The notes under the pieces are model-generated. The model saw only the letters and a program-made list of their open reading frames with translations, was not told the origin of the DNA and made no database searches. 64,000 bases of DNA from the NCBI GenBank assembly GCA_049510745.1, contig JBEKYR010000020.1, positions 1 to 64,000 on the forward strand, read 5' to 3'. Made by a program: the position numbers and the translations under genes. Origin of the DNA: Verrucomicrobiota bacterium (GTDB lineage Bacteria; Verrucomicrobiota; Verrucomicrobiia; Limisphaerales; Palsa-1400). Below, piece after piece: positions 31,646 through 41,214 of the stretch (positions are counted from its first letter, which is position 1; each line of letters begins with the position of its first letter).

Positions 31646-31682
31646 TTGACACCACCGCCTTTGTCTCGTATAAAGGCGGTGG
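31646..31682 (+). promoter_or_regulatory. Sigma70-like promoter overlapped by an 11-bp inverted repeat
   Basis: TTGACA(31646)-N17-TATAAA; ccaccgccttt-N9-aaaggcggtgg (31652-31682). Confidence 0.65.
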
Positions 31683-31724
31683 ATCGGATCGGATTAATAA
31701 TCCCAAACAAAAACACATAATTCT

Positions 31725-32204
31725 ATGGCCATCAAAGTTGGTTCAAAAGCGCCGGATTTCACGCTTAAGTCCAAAAACGCCGCCGGATTGGTGGACGTGA
31801 AATTAAGCGAGAATTTCGGCAAAAAAAACACCGTCCTGCTCTTCTTTCCCGCCGCCTTCACCGGCGTTTGCACCAAGGAACTGTGCGACATCACTGCGGG
31901 GCTGGGCCATTACTCCAGTTTGAACGCCGCGGTCATCGGCGTCAGCGTCGATACTCCCTTCGCCCAGGAGGCCTGGGCCAAACAGGAAAAGATCGGCATC
32001 ACCCTGGCCAGCGACCTGAACAAAAAGGTGACGCGCGATTACGACGTGCTTTTCCCCAACCTGGCCGGCATTGGCGACACCGCCGCCCGCGCGGCGTTTG
32101 TCATCGACAAACACGGCGTGGTGCAATACGCCGAGCAAACGCCCACGCCGAAGGACCTGCCCAACTTCCAGGCCGTCCAGGCCGCGCTCGCCAAGCTGGC
32201 GTAA
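31725..32204 (+). CDS. Peroxiredoxin (AhpC/TSA, 1-Cys AhpE-like)
   Basis: FFPAAFTGVCTKE (PxxxTxxC), GVSVD, RAAFVIDK. Confidence 0.92.
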   Translation: MAIKVGSKAPDFTLKSKNAAGLVDVKLSENFGKKNTVLLFFPAAFTGVCTKELCDITAGLGHYSSLNAAVIGVSVDTPFAQEAWAKQEKIGITLASDLNKKVTRDYDVLFPNLAGIGDTAARAAFVIDKHGVVQYAEQTPTPKDLPNFQAVQAALAKLA

Positions 32205-32216
32205 GCCGGGCCACGG

Positions 32217-33095
32217 ATGTGGCAGGTGTCCATTTTGACGGGCGCGGAGGGCGAAGAGGCTGTGGCCCAGCTCCTGGAGCGGACCGTCCACCCGCCGCCG
32301 TCGGTATTCCGCAACGAGAGGACCGCCGCCGTGGCCGTCACGTCATACGTGAAACGATTGCCCCGGACTCGGCGGGCGCTGGCTGCGGAGTTGAAAGAGG
32401 GCCTGGCGCGGTTGCGCCAATTCGGGCTGGACCCGCGTCCAGCCAGGATTACGATTAAACGGCTCCCGCGGAAAAATTGGGCGCAATCATGGAAACGCCA
32501 TTTCCGGCCGATTGATATTGGCGGAAAATTGCTGGTCAAACCGGGTTGGAGCCGGCGTCGCGCCCGCCCCGGCCAGCGGGTCGTCATCCTGGACCCCGGC
32601 CTGAGTTTTGGGACAGGGCATCACCCGACCACTTTGTTCTGCCTCGAACAACTGGCCCGTTGCCGCCGGCCCGGCGCGCGGCAGTCGTTTTTGGACATCG
32701 GCACAGGCTCGGGCATCCTGGCCATCGCCGCCGCCAAGCTCGGCTATGACCCCGTCGCCGCCTTCGATTGCGATCCGGAAGCCGTGCGGGTCAGCCGCCA
32801 AAACCTCAGGAGAAACAGAGTCCGGGTCCGATTGGGACGGGGAGACGTGGCGCGGGCACCGCGGCTGGCGCGGCGGCGCTACGACGTGGTCTGCGCCAAT
32901 TTGACTTGCGAATTGCTTCTGGCCCAGGCGAACCCCATCCGCCGCCTGCTCAACCCCGCGGGAAAACTGGTCGTTGCCGGGGTACTGGGGCGGGAATTCC
33001 AAAAAATCCGGAAGAAGTTTGACCGATGTCACTTGACATTGGAGAAATCGAGAGTAGATAAAGAATGGAAATCGGGGCGATTTGCCCTGGTTTAG
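32217..33095 (+). CDS. prmA: Ribosomal protein L11 methyltransferase
   Basis: W..SWKRHF.P, DPGLSFGTGHHPTT, LDIGTGSGILAIAAAKLG. Confidence 0.93.
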   Translation: MWQVSILTGAEGEEAVAQLLERTVHPPPSVFRNERTAAVAVTSYVKRLPRTRRALAAELKEGLARLRQFGLDPRPARITIKRLPRKNWAQSWKRHFRPIDIGGKLLVKPGWSRRRARPGQRVVILDPGLSFGTGHHPTTLFCLEQLARCRRPGARQSFLDIGTGSGILAIAAAKLGYDPVAAFDCDPEAVRVSRQNLRRNRVRVRLGRGDVARAPRLARRRYDVVCANLTCELLLAQANPIRRLLNPAGKLVVAGVLGREFQKIRKKFDRCHLTLEKSRVDKEWKSGRFALV

Positions 33096-33215
33096 CGATT
33101 CGTGTGGCCCGGGCGGTGTGATTAGAGGAGAACGCGACCGCCATAATTCAGGCACACGGTTGCCGGCGTGCTCCGCAGTGCGGGGTTGCGCCGCCAAGGA
33201 ACGAAGGAATTGAGT

Positions 33216-33380
33216 ATGATAAAGACGTTGAACTTGATTCAGGAAACCGTCCGCAATACCAAACATCCCTTCCGCCAAGTCGATAGCAGACCGGCCAAAG
33301 CCCAAAAAAATCGCTACGAACGCCGCAAAATTCGGGAGTTCCTGCGTCTGGGCGATTGGACCGGCGAAGCCGAAGTTTAA
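33216..33380 (+). CDS. Small basic hypothetical protein (54 aa)
   Basis: AAGGA upstream of the ATG; KNRYERRKIREFL basic helix. Confidence 0.65.
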   Translation: MIKTLNLIQETVRNTKHPFRQVDSRPAKAQKNRYERRKIREFLRLGDWTGEAEV

Positions 33381-33837
33381 CAAAAAAAGTCCGCCAAACG
33401 AGTTTGCACGCCACGCGCGAGCGTGGCTTTTTCTCTTTATATCGCCCCCTTTCCCGGCATATCAAACCATTTCCCAGAGATAACCGGCACATTCCCTGTT
33501 TTCGAGGAACGCGGGCGTCTCGCCCGTTGCAGTCGGCGTCCCGCCGACTGCTTTTCTTTGGCCTCCAACCCGAATGTGCTGATTCTCCGTGAGAATTGGC
33601 ATCAGATGATGGAGAGCGTTCACCATGATTGATGGCGGTCGTTTCGTGGTAAACGAGAGAATGGATTTATCGCCTTGAGATTGTTCCCGGCAGAGTTGGC
33701 TGTTGATCAGGTCGCTCCCGATCGTTGCCCAACCTGTGGCTGGAGCAAAGGGAGTACGACGCGTGGAGGAACCGAATTTTGTATTTCCACATACGAATCG
33801 GTGATTGTATATTCAGCAAGTTAAGCCCTGCGACCCT

Positions 33838-34152
33838 ATGAAATCACGCAAACAACGGTTCGGCAAAATGGCAAAGTGGGGATTTCGCGTTGTTTACATT
33901 TCCGTGATTTTGGCGATTTGCGATTTTTGGTCTGCAAGCACCGCGCGCCGCGATACTCTATTTAGCAAGTGCGAGTTCAGGATTACTGACGGTGGTTCGG
34001 CTGAGTATGTTGGATTTGGCTACACCATGTCATATCTCCGTAAGATGGATGGTTCGGCTTATGGACCGGTCCTGCATTTTTGGTTCGCGCCGTTTTTGAT
34101 TGACGCGGCACACGGTAAGGTAAAGATGCACTGGTTATGGGAAAGGATTTAG
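33838..34152 (+). CDS. Low-GC hypothetical membrane-anchored protein
   Basis: One TM segment, DGGSAEYVGFGY motif; codon usage differs from neighbours. Confidence 0.55.
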   Translation: MKSRKQRFGKMAKWGFRVVYISVILAICDFWSASTARRDTLFSKCEFRITDGGSAEYVGFGYTMSYLRKMDGSAYGPVLHFWFAPFLIDAAHGKVKMHWLWERI

Positions 34153-34811
34153 TCGGCACCGAATCGGGCGAATCGGTCTCACATCTAAAGAATCTACATT
34201 TCGGCTGCCAATTTCGAGAAGTGGGCCGGGCCGGTTTCCTGTCCGGTTTGGCCTCTGAAGCAAAATATCGAATGTTTAGGCATCACCTCCAAGCCTCTTA
34301 ACTTTTCTCGTTGATTTCAGCCAACGCGGCGGCGGCTCAAACCATCAGTTTTCCAATCCTCGCCCGGCTGGATCCATTCCAATCCATTCTTTATCATCTG
34401 TCTCAAAGAATTTTCTGGTCCTCTCCGCGGCCTCCGCAGTGCAATATCCCAAAATCGCTCATTTCTGGTGAAACTTTCTCACCACGAAGCGCGCGAAGAA
34501 CACGAAGTTTTGAATAGGCCCATCTGGATGGTTTTATCCGTGTTAAGCCGTGTCCATCCGTGGTTGAAAATTTGGTTGCGGCTGGCCGCGCCGGGCCTCT
34601 GCGCGAGAATCCTCTTCTCCTGAAAAAAATCCTTGCATATTCCATAACAACGTGATAATACCCCATCCGATGAAACTGAGAATCATCAAGTTGGGTGGGA
34701 CGCGGTTCGGTTCCAGGCAATCCGCTGGCAACCCGCCGGCCGGCATCCCGGACGGCGTTCAACCGGCAAAATTTGCCGGTCCAGCCCCTTCCAACAGATT
34801 TCGGTCAAGCC

Positions 34812-35081
34812 AAATCGAGCCAAAAATCAAACCAAATCAAAGTAAATCAGACTAAATCAAACCAAAAACAATGGGGGGGAGGGGGGTACCCCTATATACC
34901 CCCCAAAAAAACCAAGCTCGGCCGAGCCGGTCAAGGCCAGTCAAGGTCGGTCAAGGTTGGTCAAGCCTGGTCAAATCAAGGCCCCGGGGTTGCCCAGTCC
35001 GTGCCAGTCCCTGCATTTCATTCACTGATTCACTCATTCACTGATTCATGTCTTCGCTCTATCGGTCAAGGTCAGTCAAGC
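34812..35081. repeat. Composite short-period repeat region (AAATCA 10-mers, G/C tract, GTCAAG 10-mers, TTCACTSA 8-mers)
   Basis: aaatcaaacc/aaatcaaagt/aaatcagact/aaatcaaacc; gtcaaggcca/gtcaaggtcg/gtcaaggttg/gtcaagcctg; ttcactgattcactcattcactgattca. Confidence 0.9.
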
Positions 35082-35174
35082 TTCATCCTGGACTTCTTCC
35101 TTCTGCCTTCCCCCCCGCCCCGTCCCTGATCGTCTGGCAATTCGGAGTTGACGAACCGGAGCGCAGCCGTGTGA

Positions 35175-37832
35175 ATGTCGCCTCAATTCATCCAGACACT
35201 TGAATTTATGATATACAATCTCAAGGCTCCCGTGAAGAGGCCGCGCCTTCTCCCGCTGCTTTCCGTTCTCGCGTTCGCCGCGGCCGCCACGGCCCAGGAC
35301 CTGCCCACCAATGCGCCCAGCCTCGTGTTTCGCGACCGCGTCGATCCTCACTGGTTCGCCGGCGCGGATGGCCAGACGAACAAGTTCTGGTATCGCGTGG
35401 ATGTGGGCAAAGATGAGCATCAATTCATCCTTGTCGATGCTGCCGGGGGGAAACGCTCTCCGGCGCTCGATCACGCGCGGCTGGCCGAGGCCCTGGCCAA
35501 AATAACGGCCCACCCGGCCGATCCCAAAAACCTTCCCATCGACGACCTCGAGTTCGCTCGCGACGGCAAATCCGTCGTGCTTCGAGCTTCGGGTTCAAGC
35601 TGGAAACTGGATTTGGATTCGTATGCGCTCACTGCCATCAAGGAGGACGCCTCGGGCGAAAACCGATTGCCTGCCGGGCGCGTGCCCCATCCCTCCCTCA
35701 CCACAGGACCGGAAACCGAACTCACCCTGGTCAACCGCTTGGGCGTGGACGTGAACCTGTTCTGGATTGATCCGGATGGGAAACGCCTGCCTTACGGCGC
35801 CATTCGCGCCGGCGAACGCCGCCAACAACACACTTACGCCGGGCACGTCTGGCTGGTCACCTCCCCTCGCGGCGATGTGCTGGCTGTCTTTGAGGCCACC
35901 GCCAAACCGGCTCTCGCGGTGATTGACGGGCGTGATTCCGGCCCGTCGCGCCGCCGCGGCGGCGCCCGCCCTCCCGCCGAGGCCGGTGACAGATCGCCGG
36001 ATGGCAATTGGGAAGTCCTCGTGCGCGGGGATAACCTCTTCTGCCGCGACCTCAAGGCTGACAAGGACCGGGAACATCAACTGACCTACGACGCCAATCC
36101 AAACAGCACCTACGCCCGCAACGCGGAATCCGACCGCGCCATCGAAATGAACTATGACACCCCTGATTCCGAAACCCCGACTCCGGAAGTCTATTGGGCG
36201 CCCGACTCAAAACATTTCGTCGCGATGCGTTTGCAGCCCGGAACACAGCGCCGCGTTTTTCTCATCGAGTCCTCGCCCGAAGACCAGCTTCAGCCCAAAC
36301 TCGATTCCTACCCCTACCTCAAGCCCGGCGATCAGATTCCTGTTCGCAAACCGCACCTTTTCGACATCGAGGCGAAGAAGGAAATCCCCGTCAGCGACAC
36401 GCTCTTTTCCAATCCGTGGTCCATCAGCGAGGTGCATTGGGCTTCCAACTCCACGCGTTTCGGCTTCCTTTACAACCAACGCGGCCATCAGGCGCTGCGC
36501 ATCGTCGCCGTGGACGCCCGGACCGGCGCCGCCAGGACCATCGTGGACGAACACAGCGACACGTTCATTGATTACTCCGGCAAAACATTCTTCAACTACC
36601 TCGACGACACGGGCGAAATCATCTGGGCCTCCGAGCGCGACGGATGGAATCACCTCTATCTCTACGACGCCAATACCGGCCAGGTCAAAAACCAGATCAC
36701 CCGGGGCGATTGGCTCGTGCGCGGCGTGGACTACGTGGATAAATCAAAGCGGCAAATCTGGTTTCAGGCCGCCGGCATCCACCCGGAACAGGACCCCTAT
36801 TACGTCCAGTTCTGCCGCGTTAATTTTGACGGCACCGGGCTGGCGATTCTCTCCGAGGGCGACGGCACCCACCAGACGCAATTCTCGCCCGACCGCCGTT
36901 ACTTCATTGACTCCTGGTCGCGCGTTGACCTGCCGCCCATCACCGAATTGCGGCGCAGCAGCGACGGCCAGATCGTCTGCCGACTGGAGGAAGCCGACGC
37001 CGGCAAACTCTGCGCCACCGGCTGGAAAGCGCCGGAACGTTTCGTCGCCAAAGGTCGCGATGGCGTCACGGACATCTACGGTGTCCTCTGGCGGCCCAAG
37101 GATTTTGACCCGCAAAAAAAGTATCCGGTCATCGAAAACATCTATGCCGGGCCGCAGGACTTCTTCACGCCCAAGAGTTTCCGCGCCTCCTACCAGCAAC
37201 AGAAGCTGGCCGATCACGGGTTTATCGTCGTGCAGATGGATGGCATGGGCACGTCGGGCCGCTCGAAAAAATTCCACGACGTCTGCTGGAAAAACCTCGG
37301 CGACGCCGGCCTCCCGGACCGCATTCTCTGGATCAAGGCGGCGGCGGCCAGGCATCCCTTCATGGACCTGTCGCGCGTGGGCATCTACGGCACGTCGGCC
37401 GGCGGGCAGAACGCCCTGCGCGCCATGCTCGCTCACGGCGATTTCTACAAAGTGTGCGTGTCCGACTCCGGCTGCCACGACAACCGGATGGACAAAATCT
37501 GGTGGAACGAACAATGGATGGGCTGGCCCGTGGACGAAAGCTACGTGCATAGCTCCAATGTCCAGGACGCCCCTCGCCTCCAAGGCAAGCTCTTGCTGAT
37601 GGTCGGCGAAATGGATCGCAACGTTGACCCCTCCAGCACCATGCAGGTCGTCAACGCCCTGATCAAGGCGGACAAGGATTTCGATCTGCTGGCCATGCCC
37701 GGCGCCGGCCATGGCGTCGCCCGAACCCCCTATGGCGCCCGCCGCCTGGAGGAATTCTTCGTCCGAAATCTCCTGGGAACGGAACTGAAAACCGTCGCGG
37801 GGACTTCCTCCGCCGCGCCCGCCGCCCCATGA
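35175..37832 (+). CDS. S9 (DPP IV-like) peptidase with a VHL-beta-like insert
   Basis: SERDGWNHLY propeller, GTSAGG nucleophile, D.NV, GAGHG; true start may be 35208 or later. Confidence 0.92.
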   Translation: MSPQFIQTLEFMIYNLKAPVKRPRLLPLLSVLAFAAAATAQDLPTNAPSLVFRDRVDPHWFAGADGQTNKFWYRVDVGKDEHQFILVDAAGGKRSPALDHARLAEALAKITAHPADPKNLPIDDLEFARDGKSVVLRASGSSWKLDLDSYALTAIKEDASGENRLPAGRVPHPSLTTGPETELTLVNRLGVDVNLFWIDPDGKRLPYGAIRAGERRQQHTYAGHVWLVTSPRGDVLAVFEATAKPALAVIDGRDSGPSRRRGGARPPAEAGDRSPDGNWEVLVRGDNLFCRDLKADKDREHQLTYDANPNSTYARNAESDRAIEMNYDTPDSETPTPEVYWAPDSKHFVAMRLQPGTQRRVFLIESSPEDQLQPKLDSYPYLKPGDQIPVRKPHLFDIEAKKEIPVSDTLFSNPWSISEVHWASNSTRFGFLYNQRGHQALRIVAVDARTGAARTIVDEHSDTFIDYSGKTFFNYLDDTGEIIWASERDGWNHLYLYDANTGQVKNQITRGDWLVRGVDYVDKSKRQIWFQAAGIHPEQDPYYVQFCRVNFDGTGLAILSEGDGTHQTQFSPDRRYFIDSWSRVDLPPITELRRSSDGQIVCRLEEADAGKLCATGWKAPERFVAKGRDGVTDIYGVLWRPKDFDPQKKYPVIENIYAGPQDFFTPKSFRASYQQQKLADHGFIVVQMDGMGTSGRSKKFHDVCWKNLGDAGLPDRILWIKAAAARHPFMDLSRVGIYGTSAGGQNALRAMLAHGDFYKVCVSDSGCHDNRMDKIWWNEQWMGWPVDESYVHSSNVQDAPRLQGKLLLMVGEMDRNVDPSSTMQVVNALIKADKDFDLLAMPGAGHGVARTPYGARRLEEFFVRNLLGTELKTVAGTSSAAPAAP

Positions 37833-37863
37833 GGGGATTTGCGCGCAAAACGACTCGCCCGCC

Positions 37864-39042
37864 TCACCGCGTCCCCATCCCCACGCTTTGCACGGTTTGG
37901 AAAAGTTTGCCTTCGGTCTTGATGCTCGGGGCGATGATGATCTCGGTTTCCTGAAATTCCCGGATCGTGGCCGCCCCCACGTTGCCCATGCACGTCGTAA
38001 TCGCGCCCACCAGATTTTGCGAGCCGTCATCGACTGTCGCCGGGCCGTAAAGGATTTGCTTGAGCGAGCCGGTCACGCCGACTTTGATGCGCGTGCCGCG
38101 CGGCAGGTTGGCGTGCGGCGTGGCCATGCCCCAATGGTTGCCTTTGCCCGGCGCTTCCTGGGCCCGCGCAAACGCGCTGCCCACCATGACGGCGTCCGAC
38201 CCGCACGCCAGCGCCTTGCAAACATCCCCTCCCTTGCTCATCCCGCCGTCGGTGATGATGGGGATGTAGCGGCCCGTGTTCTTGTGATGATAATCGCGCG
38301 CCGCGGCGCAATCGACCGTGGCGGTGACCTGCGGCACGCCCAGGCCCAGCACCCCGCGGCTGGTGCAGGCGGCGCCCGGCCCGACGCCGATCAGCACGCC
38401 GGCCACCCCGCACTCCATCAACTCCCGCGTGACGTTGTAGGTGACGGCGTTGCCGATGATGACCGGGATGCGCATCTTCCGGCAAAAATCAGGCAGGTCG
38501 AGCGATTTGTATTCGGTGGAAATATGTTTGACCGTCGAGACGGTCGATTGCACCACGAACAGGTCCGCGCCGGACGCCTGGGCGATGCAGCCGAACCGTT
38601 CCGCCTTCTGCGGGATGGAACTGACGGCGGCCAGCACCCCGGCGGCCTTCAATTCCTCCACCCGCCGGGCGATCAATTCCTCCTTGATCGGCTCGGTGTA
38701 AACCTTTTGGATCAGGGTGGTGACTTCGTCTTTGCCGGCTTTGACAATTTGATCGAGGACCTCGGAGGGGTTGGCGTAGCGGGTTTGCACGCCTTCCAGG
38801 TTGATGACGCCCAAGCCGCCCAGCTTGCCCATCTCGATGCAGAAGCGCACGTCGGTCACGCCATCCATGGCGCTGGCAATGACGGGGATTTTCAGCGTGA
38901 TGCAACTGCCGTCCGGGCGCGGAATCTTGAACGACGTGTCCACCTCGTTGGGGTTGATGGTGATGTCGCCCGGCACAAGGGCGATTTCGTCAAAACCATA
39001 GGTGACGCGTGCTTTTCGATTTCGTCCAATCCACATTCCCAT
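37864..39042 (-). CDS. guaB3: GuaB3-type IMP dehydrogenase-related protein (no CBS domains)
   Basis: YGFDEIALVP, SAMDGV, GVGPGAACTSR, ITDGG, WGMATPHANLPRG. Confidence 0.9.
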   Translation of the reverse strand: MGMWIGRNRKARVTYGFDEIALVPGDITINPNEVDTSFKIPRPDGSCITLKIPVIASAMDGVTDVRFCIEMGKLGGLGVINLEGVQTRYANPSEVLDQIVKAGKDEVTTLIQKVYTEPIKEELIARRVEELKAAGVLAAVSSIPQKAERFGCIAQASGADLFVVQSTVSTVKHISTEYKSLDLPDFCRKMRIPVIIGNAVTYNVTRELMECGVAGVLIGVGPGAACTSRGVLGLGVPQVTATVDCAAARDYHHKNTGRYIPIITDGGMSKGGDVCKALACGSDAVMVGSAFARAQEAPGKGNHWGMATPHANLPRGTRIKVGVTGSLKQILYGPATVDDGSQNLVGAITTCMGNVGAATIREFQETEIIIAPSIKTEGKLFQTVQSVGMGTR

Positions 39043-39085
39043 AGGTCAATTCCAAAAATTCACGGTTGAAGATGTCCGGCGCGCC

Positions 39086-39310
39086 TCAAAATTCAAACGG
39101 TTCGTTGAGCGTCCCGCACTGCGCGCAACGCGAACGGGCCACGTCCGCGTCGTCCGTATAAACCGAACCGCACCGTTCGCAGCGAAAGATGCGGTCCTGC
39201 TTCCGCGCCGGCCCAAAGCGCCGGCTGCGAATTTCCGAATATAGAACCAGGACGGAGAGCGCCGCAAGCAAAGAAAAAACATACGCGTCTATCAGCTTCT
39301 CCAATGACAT
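39086..39310 (-). CDS. Small membrane-anchored zinc-ribbon protein
   Basis: TM helix followed by CERC...CAQC. Confidence 0.75.
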   Translation of the reverse strand: MSLEKLIDAYVFSLLAALSVLVLYSEIRSRRFGPARKQDRIFRCERCGSVYTDDADVARSRCAQCGTLNEPFEF

Positions 39311-39322
39311 TTCAATCCTCTC

Positions 39323-40093
39323 TCATTTGGGCGCGGCGCCGTTGGTCGCTTCGCTCGTGTGCCATTCAAAGACGGCCTGCCCCCAGACGGTCCCCGCCCT
39401 GTTGGACGGCACGAACCGCAACGCCCTCGCCGCCGCCAGCGCGCTGGCGTCAGCCGCCGGCGATCCGCTGCGCGCCAGCAGGCGATGCGCCAGCACGTCG
39501 CCCGCCGGGCTGACGCCGATTTCCACCACCGAGTTGGTCAATAATTGCGGACTGGGCCACGCCGGCAGCAGCGGCGTTTCGCCCGTCCAACGCTGCCGCG
39601 CCTCGCCCTGGAGACGGAAGACCGATTGGGTCTGAATCATTTCGGGCGGCAGGAAGACCGGCAGCGGTTCCAGCGGCGCCGCACCCTGGCCGGCCAGGTC
39701 CAGCGGCGGCGGCGTCGCGCTGAGTGGCCCGACGGGAGAAATGGTTCCGAGCCTGGATACGTCCAAGTCCAGCCAGGAGGGGGGTTCGAGGCGGTTGGTG
39801 GGGCGGTACTGGGCGGGTTGCTGCGAGAACCAGGCCCGGCCGGAAAACCCGTGAACACCCGGCCATTGAAACACCGCCGGGTCCCCCGCAAAGAATCTCC
39901 TCGATAACTGGTCCTCCCGCACCGGCGCGCCCAGCGCCACAAAACGGATGGGCGGCGGGGCGGACGCCGCCGGACGGGCCGCCCGGTCGGCAAAAACCAA
40001 AATCAAGGCGACCTGCAAGACGAACAAACCGACGGCCACACTCAGAACACGTCCGCGCGTCCAGACCCCGGATTCTGTGCCGGGCGCGTTCAT
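39323..40093 (-). CDS. TonB-like energy transducer
   Basis: N-terminal TM, Pro-rich linker, C-terminal V...G.V....L..RSG...D..AL.AA...RF.P; follows exbD. Confidence 0.7.
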   Translation of the reverse strand: MNAPGTESGVWTRGRVLSVAVGLFVLQVALILVFADRAARPAASAPPPIRFVALGAPVREDQLSRRFFAGDPAVFQWPGVHGFSGRAWFSQQPAQYRPTNRLEPPSWLDLDVSRLGTISPVGPLSATPPPLDLAGQGAAPLEPLPVFLPPEMIQTQSVFRLQGEARQRWTGETPLLPAWPSPQLLTNSVVEIGVSPAGDVLAHRLLARSGSPAADASALAAARALRFVPSNRAGTVWGQAVFEWHTSEATNGAAPK

Positions 40094-40518
40094 GGCCGCG
40101 GGCCAAAAACAGTGGGACGTTCCGCCAGCAAGACTTCGGTGATGCCGGCCTGGCGCGCCAGCAATTCCAAGTGTGTGATCACTTCGAGTTCCGCCGCCTT
40201 GTCGGCCCACAACACCAGCGTCAGGTGTTTCGACTGGCGCCGCGTGTTTTGCGCGCGGCTCTGCAGCGCGGCCCGCAACTCCGCCTCCGGCACCGCCCGG
40301 TTCTCAAAAAAACATTGCCCGCGGGAATCCACCGCCACCACCACCGTCGGGTTGTCCGTCCCCGGCCAATCCGCCCCGTCCGGCAGCTTGATCGTGACGC
40401 CGGGCGTATAGAGCAAGGAGCCGAGCAGCAAGAAGATCATCAGCAACATCAGGACCCCTGCCATGGGCGCCGGGTCCAGCGGCCCGCGGAAAATCCTGGC
40501 GTGACGCTCGAATCTCAT
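40090..40518 (-). CDS. exbD: ExbD/TolR family protein
   Basis: LDPAPMAGVLMLLMIFLLL TM, I.LP, LWADK; coupled to exbB. Confidence 0.85.
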   Translation of the reverse strand: MRFERHARIFRGPLDPAPMAGVLMLLMIFLLLGSLLYTPGVTIKLPDGADWPGTDNPTVVVAVDSRGQCFFENRAVPEAELRAALQSRAQNTRRQSKHLTLVLWADKAAELEVITHLELLARQAGITEVLLAERPTVFGPRP

Positions 40519-41150
40519 GCCGGCTTTGAATTCTCCGGCCCCGCCGCCGGGCCGGAAACAATGCTCAGAATCTCGCTGGAGGCCTGCTCCATGTCCAAAA
40601 CGATGTTGTTGACCCGGCTCACCAGGTAATTGTAACCGGCGTAACTGGGAATGGCGACGGCCAGCCCGGCGGCGGTGCAAATCAGGGCCTTCCAGATGCC
40701 CGCGGAAAGCTGCGCCACGTGCGCGTTCAACCCCGCCTCCTGCACGACGCGAAACACGCTGATGAATCCCAGCACCGTGCCCAGCAGCCCCAGCAGCGGC
40801 GCGATTTGCGCCACGGTCGCCAGCAGGCTCAAGTTCTGTTCCAGCCGCGGCACCTCCCACGAGCCGGCGTCTTCCAGCGCCTCCCGCACCGCCTCCCGCC
40901 CGCGGTCCCGGTTGAGGATCGCGATCTTGACCAGGCGCGGCACCGGTCCCGGCGTGGCGTCGCAGATCGCCAGCGCTTCGACGATGTTATCGCGCTTGAG
41001 GACGTTGCGCACGCCGTTGAGAAACTCGGTCGAGTTGATCTGATCGCGGTGATATTGCAAAAGCCGTTCGCAAAAGACGGCCAGCGCCACCGCGCTCGTC
41101 GCCACGATCACCCAAATCATCAGCCCGCCCTCCGCCAAAAAATGAGGCAT
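40515..41150 (-). CDS. exbB: MotA/TolQ/ExbB proton channel protein
   Basis: IAPLLGLLGTVLG, GI..AL..TAAGL.VAIP. Confidence 0.92.
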   Translation of the reverse strand: MPHFLAEGGLMIWVIVATSAVALAVFCERLLQYHRDQINSTEFLNGVRNVLKRDNIVEALAICDATPGPVPRLVKIAILNRDRGREAVREALEDAGSWEVPRLEQNLSLLATVAQIAPLLGLLGTVLGFISVFRVVQEAGLNAHVAQLSAGIWKALICTAAGLAVAIPSYAGYNYLVSRVNNIVLDMEQASSEILSIVSGPAAGPENSKPA

Positions 41151-41214
41151 GCCCACTTTATAGCGGGTCAACTTTGAACTTTAAACCTTAAACTTTCCCC
41201 GTAAGGTCTTTCCC

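Noticed and set aside
34800..35085. Possible CRISPR array
   Set aside because: Units are 8-10 bp with no unique spacers, and no cas genes are in the window
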